From: Octopus vulgaris | Taxonomy: Eukaryota | DNA length: 64,000 nt | Direction: 5' to 3' | Assembly: GCA_951406725.2 (NCBI GenBank) | Contig: OX597815.1 | Location: 163,060,001 to 163,124,000, forward strand | Shown: piece by piece, positions 51,780-63,830 of the stretch | Layout: every line of letters starts with the position of its first letter | Position numbering within the stretch: the stretch's first letter is position 1 | Translations under genes and position numbers: made by a program | The notes under the pieces: generated by a model | What the model was told of the DNA's origin: nothing | The model's input: only the letters and a program-made list of their open reading frames with translations | The model's database searches: none

Positions 51780-52959
51780 TCATCATCATCGTTTAACGTC
51801 CGTTCTCCATGCTAGCATGGGTTGGACGGCTATATATATATATAGAGAGAGAAACCAGGAAAATGACACTTATAAGTCTCTAGGACTCAAGAAGGATGTT
51901 TTATCCTTTATCCTTTTCAAGCAACCTGAACAATAATATAGAAATTCCATCATTAGATTATATAATTCTTGTAGGTTTTCATAATTATGGTATTAAATAT
52001 AATTTTATTTACTTTCTAATCAACTTGTAATTAATCTTTTCTACTAAAGACACAAAGCCTGAAATTTTTTCTTTTTGGTGGTGGGAGACCAGTTGATTAC
52101 TGGTACTTAATTTATTGACCCCAAAAGGATGAAAGACAATATTGACCTCAGCGGAATTTGAACCCAGAACGTAAAGCTAGACTAAAAGGCACAAAGCATT
52201 TTGCCCAGCAGGCTAACAATTCTGCTAGCTCACTGCCTTTAATTAACTTGTAATTAATATCCTACTTGAACTAATCTAAAATGCAAACTTTTAAAGATTA
52301 GAAAGGGTTCTATTTTGCTTTGTGTACCATATTTGTCAGCATATAAAATGCATTCTGACATAAGACACATCCTTACTTTATAAGTACATTGTGTGGAAAA
52401 AAACAAGTTCAGTGTTTCATCATACAGTTTTTTATTCGGTATTTCATCTGTAATATGGCCACACTGCATATTTAAGAATTAAAAGAAGTGTGGTTAATGT
52501 GGTATTTTATTTTTAGTTGTGAGGGTAGCTGGTAGTTTCATTTTAGATTTCAGTGCTGAAAGCCTATCATTTAGAGATTGCAAAGAACAAAAGTTGCAAC
52601 GGATCATACATAAAAATTTCATCATGACCATTGATAAAACATTCTTCTTTCTTTTACTCCTCCTTTTCTCTCCACAGACTGTTCTTTCAGTGATGGTATT
52701 CAATATCATTTTACCATTTCTAATCTTGCTCTTAGCTTCTTTTTAAAGTCGTTTATCAAAATTTACAAAATCAATTCTATTATTTTGTTTGTTTTCACTC
52801 TATTTCAGCAGGAACACTATTCTGATCCCCCCCCCCCCCATGTCTTTTTCTACTTTTTTCTTTTTTTTTTTGTGCTATGTAAACACAATATCTTTGTAAA
52901 AAAAATTTTATTCTGAATGTTGTTTTAGAACTTAGCAAACCTTAAATCAATAATCAAAG

Positions 52960-53175
52960 CTATGTTCTATAAAAGCAGAAGAAGTCTCTCAGAGTTAGAG
53001 AAACCATTTAAATATTTGATGCAGTATTGGTCATTTGAAATATGACCAATACTGTATCTCACCCGATTTCTTGACTTACACTCATGCAAATGAAATTGAA
53101 AAGAAATCTTTTTGAGTTTCTCGGTCAAATTATTCACTAACTCTGAGAGATTTCTTCTGCTTTTATAGAACATAG
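52960..53175. mobile_element. MITE with 39-bp near-perfect TIRs
   Basis: CTATGTTCTATAAAAGCAGAAGAAGTCTCTCAGAGTTAG (52960-52998) vs 53137-53175, one mismatch. Confidence 0.85.
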
Positions 53176-53426
53176 TCTCTTATATACAACGAATATTATA
53201 TCATTATCAAACTGAAAAATTTTCCAGGTTATATGGGTCTATCAAACTTTGGAAATTATAAAATAACTAATGTAGGTGCAGGCGTGACTGTGTGGTAAGA
53301 AGCTTGATTCCCAACTACATGGTTCCAGGTTCAGTTCCACTATATGGCACATTGAGCAAGTGTTTTCTACTACAGCCTCAGGCCAACCAAAGTCTTATGA
53401 GTAGATTTGGTAGACACACACACATG

Positions 53427-53486
<60 letters not shown>

Positions 53487-53514
53487 TTTCTCTATCCTTG
53501 TTTTTCCTGCGTAC

Positions 53515-53550
53515 CTTTCTGTAGAAGAGCGTAGGGTCGAAACGTAAAAG
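53515..53550 (+). ncRNA. Degenerate minimal type I hammerhead motif (Penelope-type)
   Basis: CUUU-CUGUAGA-A-GAGC(GUAG)GGUC-GAAA-C-GUA-AAAG: stem I CUUU/AAAG, palindromic ACGU stem III; A6 to U change and a G.G mismatch in stem II. Confidence 0.5.
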
Positions 53551-53667
53551 ACTTTTTTCTATTCCTGAGCATTATACTAATACATCTGTTTGTTTTTACA
53601 CCACCTGTCTTCGTCTTTTGTTTGTTTTTCGTAAACTTTCCCTATATATATATGTATATATATATAT

Positions 53668-53677
53668 AACTACAATA

Positions 53678-53732
<55 letters not shown>

Positions 53733-53747
53733 GAGAGTATTGTAGTT
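53668..53747. repeat. 80-bp near-perfect palindrome (16-bp unique arms around (AT)n)
   Basis: AACTACAATACTCTCA-(TA)n-TGAGAGTATTGTAGTT. Confidence 0.9.
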
Positions 53748-53979
53748 CGCTTGGAAGCATTTATGTATTGTTTGTGAAATATAACATATCTTGAATGGCA
53801 CAACAATGCAGGGTGGGCTATAATAACTGTTATAATTTAATTATTCATAGTGATATAATATTGTGGAATATAAAAATTCCTTCTTCAGATATTGCTAGGA
53901 ATTGATCGAGTCACTGCTATAATCAATTTTCCACACACACACACATGTAAAAAAAAAAATATATATATATATATATTAT

Positions 53980-54190
53980 ATTAGCACACCGGGCAAAGTG
54001 CGTGGACATATTTCGTCTGTCGTTACGTTCTGAGTTCAAATTCCGCTGAGGTCAACTTTGCCTTTCATCCTTTCGGGATCGATAAATAAAGTAGCAGTTT
54101 CGCACTGGGATCGATGTAATTGACTTAATCCGTTTGTCTGTCCTTGTTTGTCCTCTCTATGTTTAGCCCTTTGTGGGCAGTAAAGAAATA
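53980..54190 (+). mobile_element. SINE B1, the only sense-oriented B1 copy
   Basis: TTAGCACACCGGGC...CCTTTGTGGGCAGTAAAGAAAT, between (TA)n tracts. Confidence 0.9.
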
Positions 54191-54419
54191 TATATATATA
54201 TATATAAATATTAGCAAATGAATAATAACAGATAAATGCCTGTGCATTACAGCTGTTTCCTATGCCTACTCGTAGGGGTGGTTTTCTCTGTGCATAACCT
54301 GAATATTCAACTGGATATTTAATTGACCATAGGTGGTGACCACAGGTTAATCCATCCCTGCCTGGTGCTTACCATTTAAGTACCCAATTTTTTCAAGAGT
54401 CCTTATTATATATATATAA

Positions 54420-54452
<33 letters not shown>

Positions 54453-54791
54453 TGCTTCTTTCAGTTTCCATCAACCAAATCCACTCACAAGGCTTTGGTC
54501 AGCCTGAAGCTATAGTAGAAGACACTTGCCCAAGGTGCTTCACGGTGGGACTGAACCTGGAACCATGCAGTTGGGAAGCAAACTTTTTACCACACAGCCA
54601 TGCCTGCACCTGATTCTATAAATGAATTTCAAAATATTATGGATATGCTTTATATTTTCGTTTTCTGTGCTACTATAGTCAAAAGGATTCAATTTTGACC
54701 TAGTGAATGAATTAATTGAGAAAGGTTCAAAAGAGAATTAAAAGCTTGTAAATATAAAAAAAATGTTTCTTTTTCAGAACCGGGGACCTCA

Positions 54792-54921
54792 AAGCACATA
54801 AAACTATAAATAATAGCTTGTAAATATTGGATTAAAAAGCCCTTTTGCTCAGAGAAAGTTGAAGGCTGAAGGGTTTTTCAACCCAGTGTTTGCATGCTAT
54901 TATTTATAGCTTTATGTGCTT
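54792..54921. repeat. Degenerate hairpin, ~53-bp arms
   Basis: AAGCACATAAAACTATAAATAATAGC... is mirrored by ...GCTATTATTTATAGCTTTATGTGCTT. Confidence 0.75.
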
Positions 54922-56618
54922 CAAGATTCATTGTTTCATAAAAGAATTATTTCATATCCTCTCGAAAGTTTATAAAATCCTTATGACATCAAAAGTAAAT
55001 GTGTTTGAGAGGCCATTACAAGCATTTTGTGCTTTGAAGAGGACAATGTTTTTGAATAATTAATCAAAAACGAAATAACGTGTAAGGCTGAGTAGAGGGT
55101 GAAGAAAAACTGAACACTTTATTTTTATATCCCCTTATTCATCATGCTATCAAGGGTAGGATAGTTCTTCCAAAAGTTTGATATTTATATGCATTGATTA
55201 GACATGTGGTATGCTCCAATAACTTCGGTCAAAATCTCTTCATCTGTGAAATTTTTATTTTATTATCATCATCATCATCATCTTCATCTTCAAAGTCATC
55301 GATTAACATCCATTTTCCATGCGGGCATGGATTGGTTTGTTTGACAGGAGTTGGCAAGGCAAGGAGCCACCCCAAGTTCCATTATCTGTATTGGCATGGT
55401 TTCTACAGCAAATTGCCCTTCCTAATTCCAAACACTTCACAGAGTGTACTGGGTGCTTTTTATATGGAACCAGCACCAGTGCTTTTTACCTGGCATCATC
55501 ACTAGTGTTCTTTTACATGGCATCAGCACCAGTACCTTTTATATGGCACACCCCCACCCCCATCAGTGCATTTTATATGGTACTATTGCCAGTGCCTTTT
55601 ATGTGTTACTAACCCCAGTGCCTTTTTTATGTGACACTATCACCAGTGCTTTTTAAATAGCACAAACACCAGTGCTTTTTATGTGGCACCAAGTTATTCT
55701 CTCACAATTCAAAGCAAAACCAATTATCCTTATTATCTTACTGTTTCTTTCCTGGAATTTCAAATCAAATGATTAGCTTCCCACCCAACATCTAGATATA
55801 GTACCTTGTTAAAATTTTCATTCATTCAAAGAAAAATTTTCAATCAGATTTAAAGTCAAGGCTAAAATAATTAGTAGTGTCTCATCACTTCTCTAATTTT
55901 ACATCTTAAATGATTAATATGATATCTCATCAAGCTACTTCTATGTCAGTTAATTATATTTCTTGCCTATTATTGAGTTATTTGACAATTATTATTTTTC
56001 TATACTTGAACTATAGCTACTTTTTATTGACTACCTTCTATGTAGTTTCTGCTCAAGTGATTAGCATTGTAAATGATTATTAGATGTAATATTTTAAAGA
56101 GATTTTTTTTTATATATATAAAGTTCCGAATGTGCATACCTAAACAGTACAATGTAACAAGAAGAAGCAAATAAAGCTGAAACATTACAAAAAAATATTC
56201 AAATATATTTTATTTAGTTATAATTATGAAGGCATTGAGCTGGCAGAATCCTTAGCATGTTGGTCAAAATGCTTAGTGGCATTTTCTCCGTCTTTATATT
56301 CTGAGTTCAAGTTCTACCAAGGTCGACATTACCTTTCATTCTTTCAGGGTCAATAAGATATGTACCAGTTGAACACTAGGGCTGGTATCATCAACTTATA
56401 CCACCCCCAAAATTGCAAGTCTTGTGCCAAAATTTGAAACCATTATTATTATGGAGTAAAGATTGTTTGCCAACATAACTTGGCAGTCCTGGTTTAGGAT
56501 GAATGTTGCTGTAATTTAGCTCCCAGAGACATCGTCTCTAGCTGGCTATACGACAAGATATGTGTCCTTATATTTTTGAACAAGAGAATCTAGCAACCCC
56601 ACTCAGCTCAAAACAGTA

Positions 56619-56663
56619 TCTGTGTATTGTGATTTCTGGGTTATTTCTCTTCATCAGCACAGA
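56619..56663 (-). ncRNA. Type I hammerhead motif, degenerate tandem copy
   Basis: UCUGUG-CUGAUGA-A-GAG(AAAUAA)CCC-A-GAAA-UCACA-AUA-CACAGA; stem I perfect, stems II and III each carry a mismatch. Confidence 0.6.
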
Positions 56664-56971
56664 ATAATCGTTCAGCTAGAGGTGACGCTGCCAAATTCCC
56701 ATTTGAAATATATAGTTTTCAAAGTGGCAACTAGTCACTTATCTATAAATTAGAAAATTTCTTTTTTTAAATCTCACAACGAGAGATATTCAGCAACAAT
56801 ACTTTGGAGTAAAGATTGTTTGCCAACATGACATGGCAGTCCTGGTTTAGGACGAATGTTGCTGTAATTTAGCCCCAGGAGACATTATCTCTAGCTGGCT
56901 ATACTACACAATCTGTGTCCTTATATTTTCAAACAAGGGAATCTAGCACCCCAACTCAGTTCAAAACAATA

Positions 56972-57016
56972 TCTGTGTATCGAGATTTCCGGGTTATTTC
57001 CCTTCATCAGCACAGA
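56972..57016 (-). ncRNA. Type I minimal hammerhead motif
   Basis: UCUGUG-CUGAUGA-A-GGG(AAAUAA)CCC-G-GAAA-UCUCG-AUA-CACAGA: 6-bp stem I, 3-bp stem II, short stem III AUC/GAU, AUA triplet; predicted cut between 56978 and 56977. Confidence 0.75.
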
Positions 57017-57339
57017 ATAATTGTTCCGCTAGATATTGTTTTGAGCTGAGTGGAGGTGCTAGATTGCTTTGTTTGAAAATATAAGGACACAGATTGTGTC
57101 ATATAGCCAGCTAAAGACAATGTCTACTGGGGCTAAATTACAGCAACATTCGTCCTAAACCAGAACTGCCATGTTATGTTGCCAAACAATCTTTACTCCA
57201 AAGTACTGTTGCTGAATATCTCTCGTTGTGAGATTTAAAAATAGTAATTTTCTAACATTATTATCATCATCATTATTTTGTCTCACCCATGATAGCATGA
57301 AAGAAGGATGGTAAATGATGATGATGATGATGATGATTA

Positions 57340-57374
<35 letters not shown>

Positions 57375-58013
57375 TGGGTGGCAAGCTGGCAGAGTTGTTA
57401 GCACACCGGGCAAAATGCATAGTGGCATTTTGTCCATCTTTACAATTGGAGTTCAAATTCTGCCACGGTTGACTCTACCTTTCATCCTTTTGGGGTCAAT
57501 GAAATAAGTACCAGTTATGCACTAGGGTTAATGTAATTGACTAACACCCTACCCCCAAATTTCAGGCCTTGTGCTTATTGCAGAAACGATTATTATCATT
57601 ATTATTATTATTATTATAAATATACATCACAACCTTATGTGTGTGACATGGAGATTTCATATCAAGATAAACAGCACATAACCTTGTAGGTTGGGCTCTG
57701 TTAGAAGTTTCTTCAGGTTTAGTAGCTCCTCCTGCTCAAAATGTCCCTGATTAAGGGTGGTTTAAGGATGATGAATGGAACACCCATATTTCCAGAGGGA
57801 AATTATTCAAACCCCAAAAGAATTCCTCTCAACACATGGCTATGATGCTTCCCTACTACTCCTGTTCATTATCAGAAATGCACATATCATCAGCCACCAA
57901 GGAGCATGCTCAACTGGTTATGGTCAGGCAACTGACGAGCATCTGTGTGGTATTGAGCAGAATATTTGCTGTAGCCCGTCTTTTTATTATTATTATTATT
58001 AGTAGTAGTAGTA

Positions 58014-59290
58014 TTAGGTTGATCTGAAAATAATGGTCATTCTAAGTGTTGTATTTGGAAATACAATTTAATCATAGTATTTTAATTATATTTTCGATGA
58101 ATTTCAACATACTTAATAATTGATGTATGCTCTTTAATAATTTTCTACTTATTTCAAACAGAAAACATTCTTGAAGCACAGGTGCCCTTAATTATGAACA
58201 TGACAAAAAATGGATCTTCACTTACTTTTCTTGCATGAGTTCAAGTTTGGGCACAATGCCTCCCATACTGTTGCCAATGTCAACAGAGCATGGGGAGAGG
58301 GATCCACAAGTGATCGCACACTGTGAAGGTGGTTTCAGAAATTCTGTAGTTGTCATGAGAGCCTTGAAGATGAAGAAAGTAGAGGACGGTTATGCAGTCT
58401 TGACAATGAACAATTGAAAGCAATTGTTGAACGAAATCTACTTCAGAGTGTCAGAGAAATGTCTCAGGCACTTGGTGTTGGTATTTCAATGGTCTCACAC
58501 AATCTGCAGAAGATTGGTATGGTGAAAAAGCTCGATAAATGGGTTCCGCATGAGCCCAATGAAAATCAAAAAGTTCGGTATTTTGAAGTGTGCTTAATGC
58601 TCTTTCTGCGAAACACCAATGATCCTTTTCTTGACCAAATAGTCACTTGTGACGAAAAGTGGATCCTCTATGATAAGCGTAGACCAATGGCTTGATCGTG
58701 ATGAGTCCCCCCAAATATTTCCAAAAGCCAAAGTTGCATTAGCAAAATATTATGGTAACTGTCTGGCGGTCTGCAATTGGTGTTGTCCATTACAATTTTC
58801 TGGAAGCCAATCACAGTATTACAGCAGATGTTTACTGCAATCAACACGCTGAAATGCATGCTCACTTGCAAAAGGTGAAACCTGCATTGGTGAATCAGCA
58901 TGGCCCAATTCTGCTCCATGATAATGCAAAGCCACATGTTACAAGAATGACACTGCAGAAACTCACAGGCTTGGCATACAAGACTTTACTGCATCCTCCA
59001 TATTCTCCTGATCTTTCACCTTCTGACTACCATTTTTTAAGCATTTAAACACGTTTTTAAGTGATAAAACTTTCAGGTCCAAACCAGAGGTGGAATCAGC
59101 TTTCAAAGATTTCTTAGCATCAAAGCCAATAAGTTTTTATCAACGAGGCATAAATAACCTCGTTGATCGATGGCAGAGATGTATAGATGTTCACGGCTCA
59201 TACTTTGACTGATCAAAACATTTCTATTGTTAATTTTTCCAGAATAAAATTATGTTTCTGAAATCAGCCATTATTTTTTGAACAACCTGA
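58014..59290 (+). mobile_element. Full-length (~1.28 kb) frameshifted mariner (DD34D) transposon
   Basis: TA-TTAGGTTG...CAACCTGA-TA termini; motifs WVPHE, TCDEKWILYD, LLHDNAKPH, HPPYSPDLSPSDYHF, RWQRCIDVHGSYFD* spread over several frames. Confidence 0.93.
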
Positions 59291-59432
59291 TAGTAGTTGT
59301 ATTCCTTAATTTGAACAGTGATGATCTTGTTAATGCTGGATCGTTTTATTGACTCCCTATCAAGTTATGTAATCTTAAATATTATTATTATTATCATTAT
59401 TATTATTATCATTATCATTATCATCATCATCA

Positions 59433-59470
<38 letters not shown>

Positions 59471-62400
59471 TATTATTACATTTCGAGTGTGATCATTATC
59501 TGTGTCGCCTTACTAGCACTTGTGCTGGGGGCACATGAAAAAAACATTCGAGCGAGGTTGTTGCCAGTGCCACTGGACTGGCTCCTGTGCAGGTGGCACA
59601 TAAAAAGCACCATTTGAATGTGGTCGTTGCTAGTACCACCTAACTGGCCCTCATGCCATTAGCACATAAAAGCACCCACAACACTCTCAGAGTGTTTGGT
59701 GTTAGGAAGGGCATCCAGCTGTAGAAACTCTGCCAGATCAGATTGGAGTCTGGTTCGCCAGACCTCAGTCAAATCGTCCAACCCATGCTAGCATGGAAAG
59801 TGGACCTTATTCGATGATTATTATCATTATTATTATTATTATTATTACTGAGTGAGAGAGTAGCATATGCCATCAAAGTGACACTGGGGTACAGATATAC
59901 AGAGCCCAATATACCCATCATGACTACCTGCCTGATAAGGGTACGCCAGGCACATGCATTATTATTTGTGTTTAAATGAAAAGTAATGTGATGTTCCATC
60001 AGTTGTAAGTATATAGTGCTTATTTTGTGAAAGTATATGATGCATATTTTGTATTTTTCAAAGTTGATCAATAATGAGGTATATGCTAAACATTTATTGC
60101 ATACTACAGTTATCTCCCATTTTTGTAACTCTTAAATGAAAGAAATTGTTTTTATGAATTTTACGTACTTGATTTGTGTGTGTGTGTTAATTTTTTTGGT
60201 GGGGTTTTGTTTCTTTTCTTTTAATTTCCTCTGAATTCTCTTTGATGTTTTCAATGGCTAACATTTTTCTATTAACTCTTAGTTATAAAATTATTTTTGA
60301 TGAGTACACAAAAGAGATTAATGCTAGATCTTTTAATGTACATGAATAGTTGATATTCAGTGTGCTCGAGAGATAATTTAATATTACATGCAAGGTGAGG
60401 CTATAAATTATCATTTAGAGAATCCTGTGCCAGCAAAAATTTTTTTATTGCTTTGAAGTCACATTTAAAGTTTTGTTAATATTTCATTGCTATCTTATTG
60501 CACAATGTCAAACTTCTTATGTCCAAATAACAGTTAGCTACCTCAAATTTTCCAGTAAGCTGACAAAATGAGTTGGTGTCTTCCTTTTCCTTGCACTATA
60601 AAATCTAGCATTTAAAAACTCACTTTTAAATGTGTTTTTTTTTTCCAGATGTCATGTTGCCCTTCATTTAACAGGGAGAAATTATAGCGGAGTTTATTGC
60701 AAATTAGCTTTTGTGTTGCGAGATGATAATGAAAGCTAACTGAATAGAAAAATAACAAACAAAAACGCTAAAAGGAGAATCATAGAACAAATTAATGATA
60801 GATACAATAGTTGATGGAGTAAATTCCTGGAGCACTAAAGTCTGAAACATTGTTTCCTTTTTCCTCTGTACTCAGTTCACTTCAGTTCCATTTTTAAAGC
60901 AACTGAGAGAGAGAGACATAAATGTTGCGCAATCTAATTTCTTTTCATCTATAGATCTTATGGCCCATAACCATATAAGAATTCCTCAGTGTGACAAATT
61001 TATAAAAGCTTGGTCCATGACAGATAATTCATAGAAGTGAACAATAAAAGGGAAATTGGTATTTAATTTGATATGTCGTTAGTCATAAAACAAGGCATTC
61101 CATTTCTTTTTTTTTTTTTTTTAATCTTGGCAATCTGTTACAGGTAATAAATTATTGGACATTGCCTGGATAAGGAAAACCAGTGAGGTATATGCAATTT
61201 TAGTGACTGAATTAACTCTTGCAATTTATAGTACTGTATATATAAAGAAAAAATACTAGATTAGCGTAATTTAGAGTTAATTGTTCTACCTTTGTTGTGT
61301 GAAAAGCCTCAATATAATCATTTGATCTAGTAAGAATGATAGCCAGATTTCCTAAAATTACATTGTACTGTCTTTGAGAAAGAAATGGGTTAGGATGGTC
61401 ATAGCTGGATTGACTTGGATCATTGGTCTGCAACAACAACAATTAAGATACAAATTTATTGAAATGGGTTTCAGTCAAATAGAATTAAGGTTTTATAGAC
61501 ATCATCATCATCATTGCTTAACGTCCATTTTCCATGCTAGCATGGGTTGGACGGTTTGACCAGGGTTTGGGAAGCCAGGAGGCTGCAGCAGGCTCCAGTC
61601 CGATCTGGTTGTGTTTCTACAGCTGGATGCCCTTCCTAACGCCAACCTTTCTGTGAGTGTAGTGGGTGCTTTTTACATGCCACCGGCACAGGTGCCCGGG
61701 GAGGCTGGCAGTGGCCACAATCGGTTGGTGCTTTTTACGTGCCACCAACACAGAAGCCAGTCAAGGTGGTGCTGGCATCAGCCATGTTTGGATGGTGCTT
61801 TTTACGTGCCACCGGCACAGGTATCACAACTGCAATTTCCATTTGATATTTATTTTGATGTCGATATACTTGACTCAATAGGTCTCCTCAAGCACAGCAG
61901 GTCACATACCACCAGCACAGAAGCCAGTCAAGGCGACGCTGGCATGGGCAGCACTGGCCTTCATTTAAAATGTATTGGTCAGATCTGAATTCAAAAGCGA
62001 AAATATTCTTCTGTGTGGGGGAAGGGCTTGTGTGGGGGAGTGAGAATACTCAGAGAACTCATGTGACATATTGTTGTATTGAAAGGACTGACATGGTTTG
62101 GAATTAACAGTAGAAATGTGTGATGCTTTTTTTAAGTAAATTACAACATTGTGGAATATTGTGAAAGCTTCCCAAAAACAAAGGTACTGAGGGTTAAGAT
62201 AAATTTGTGTTTCTAGTATTTCTTTCCTCTGTCACTGAGTTACCATTTCCTAATGGAGTCTTAGGGGGTTCTATTATGGCATGATGTCTTCAGTAACTAA
62301 ACATGGTGGGAGCTCATCCTACTCCAGGTCTGAGTAGAACCAATTTCTTACAGAGAGAGAGAAGAGAAAAAGAATGATCAACTCCAAATTCTGGCTCCTA

Positions 62401-63099
62401 TCTTAATTGGGCAAATGTTATGGTCTCTAGATAGAGCTATGCTGTTCTATCACCAATTGGTCTACCAAGTTTCAGCTACCAATGATCATTGTCCTTCTGA
62501 AAGCATGTAAGTCAAAGTTGACCTCAAAAGGACTTGACCTCGAGATGCAGTGAACCAGATTATCTAACAGATCTGATATTTGTTAGTATCCTATGATAGT
62601 CTATCCAGCATTCAGCTTTCCTCACTGCTAAAGGGATTAGAATAGCTTTGAGCTCTACTCACTTGACCATGATGAAGTCAATAAGATGTTAGTCTTTGGA
62701 CCTGGTGTTGGAAATGGTGTAGTTGTTGGTTAAGTTATGTTTCACACATAGAGAAAGAAGTATGATGCTGTTACTGTTACTATGGTTTCTGATTACTCAT
62801 TTTCAGTTATTGTTGCATTAAGATACCCTGTTAGAATGACTTTGTTTTTTTGTTTGAGTATTTTACTTAGTGTCATATCTAATGTCTGATAGAATAGGTC
62901 AGAGTGGCAGAGATCATAGCAGCTCTCTTTCAAGAGCAGTACCTAGTAACATTAGCTACTCCCTAATGCCAACTAGTGTTTCAGTCAGTTTAGTTTGCTA
63001 TCTTTTATTTGTTTCAGGCATTTGACTCAGGCCATGCTGGGGCAACAGTACTTGCTTTTTGTTAATCCTGGTACTAATTCTATCAATCTCTTTTGCCAA

Positions 63100-63183
63100 A
63101 CTAGGCTAGCACTAGACAGATATACATGGCATCACAATCAGGTCCTCAGTGTCATAAACGTAGCACTCAAGGAGAAGATCGAG
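63100..63183 (+). mobile_element. Short remnant of a restriction-like-endonuclease class non-LTR element
   Basis: LALDRYTWHHNQVLSVINVAL resembles the RYTWRHNxVL motif that follows the CCHC knuckle in R2/R4/NeSL/Hero-type ORFs. Confidence 0.45.
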
Positions 63184-63185
63184 GG

Positions 63186-63830
63186 ATATAATGTTTTGGC
63201 TGATATACCCTCCAGCCTTCATCAGGTGTCTTGGGGAAATTTTGAACCTGGGTTCTCATTCCTTGTTGTTTATTGTTGTTGTTATTATTATTATTATTCA
63301 GGTCACTGCCTAGAATCGAACTTGGAATCTTGATGTTAGTAGCCGGCGCTCTTAACCACTATGCCTTATGCCCGTGGGCAATTATGGAGTGAATTTTAGG
63401 GCTTATAAATTTAATATTCTCCTATCCTACCTTAATACCAGTTCCCATATGCTGTTCATATCTGCACTCGGTCTGCTTAGGAGTTTGTTGTGTTCTTTTA
63501 GTTTTTGTATTTTCCAGTGGTGTTCTCTGTCTATTATTTTAACTTCATCCCACAAGAGGAAGTGGTCTCCATTTTCCCATACATGATCCTATACCCGATT
63601 TGTCAATATCTCCCCATGTCACAGCTTTGCGATGTTCCTCTACCCTTATTTTGAGGAGGCGGCATGTTTCACCTTTGTATAACCTATCACAGCTGCATGG
63701 GATGGAGTACACATAGTTCTTAGTCATATTCTTTTCTATTGGTGGTTTTACTTGAAGGAGATATTTGCGAAGTGTTGTATTACTTTTGAATGCTGTCCTG
63801 ATGTCATATGGATATAATAGAGTACCCAAA
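63186..63830 (-). mobile_element. Penelope-like element 3' remnant (GIY-YIG endonuclease, tRNA-like cassette, decayed hammerhead)
   Basis: Minus-strand VYSIPCSCDRLYKGETCRLLKIRVEEHRKA (PLE-type GIY-YIG), then after a frameshift LWDEVKIIDREHHWKIQKLKE, stop near 63427; tRNA-like A/B boxes at 63301-63372; CUGAUGA-A-GGCUG..CAGCC at 63198-63225. Confidence 0.8.

Larger units (their letters stand above)
56452..57255 (-). mobile_element. Retrozyme/Penelope pLTR-like repeat: two direct units (353-bp period) plus one inverted partial unit
   Basis: TGGAGTAAAGATTGTTTGCCAAC starts at 56452 and 56805; 57031-57255 is the reverse complement of ~56750-56972; each direct unit carries a hammerhead. Confidence 0.75.

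Noticed and set aside
54245-54405. Minus-strand GAAACAGCTGTA as a hammerhead half
   Set aside because: No CUGANGA core with a matching stem I was found upstream.
58193-59212. Functional or domesticated (SETMAR-like) transposase
   Set aside because: Several frameshifts and stops, TIRs still present, and no splice link to the host exons.
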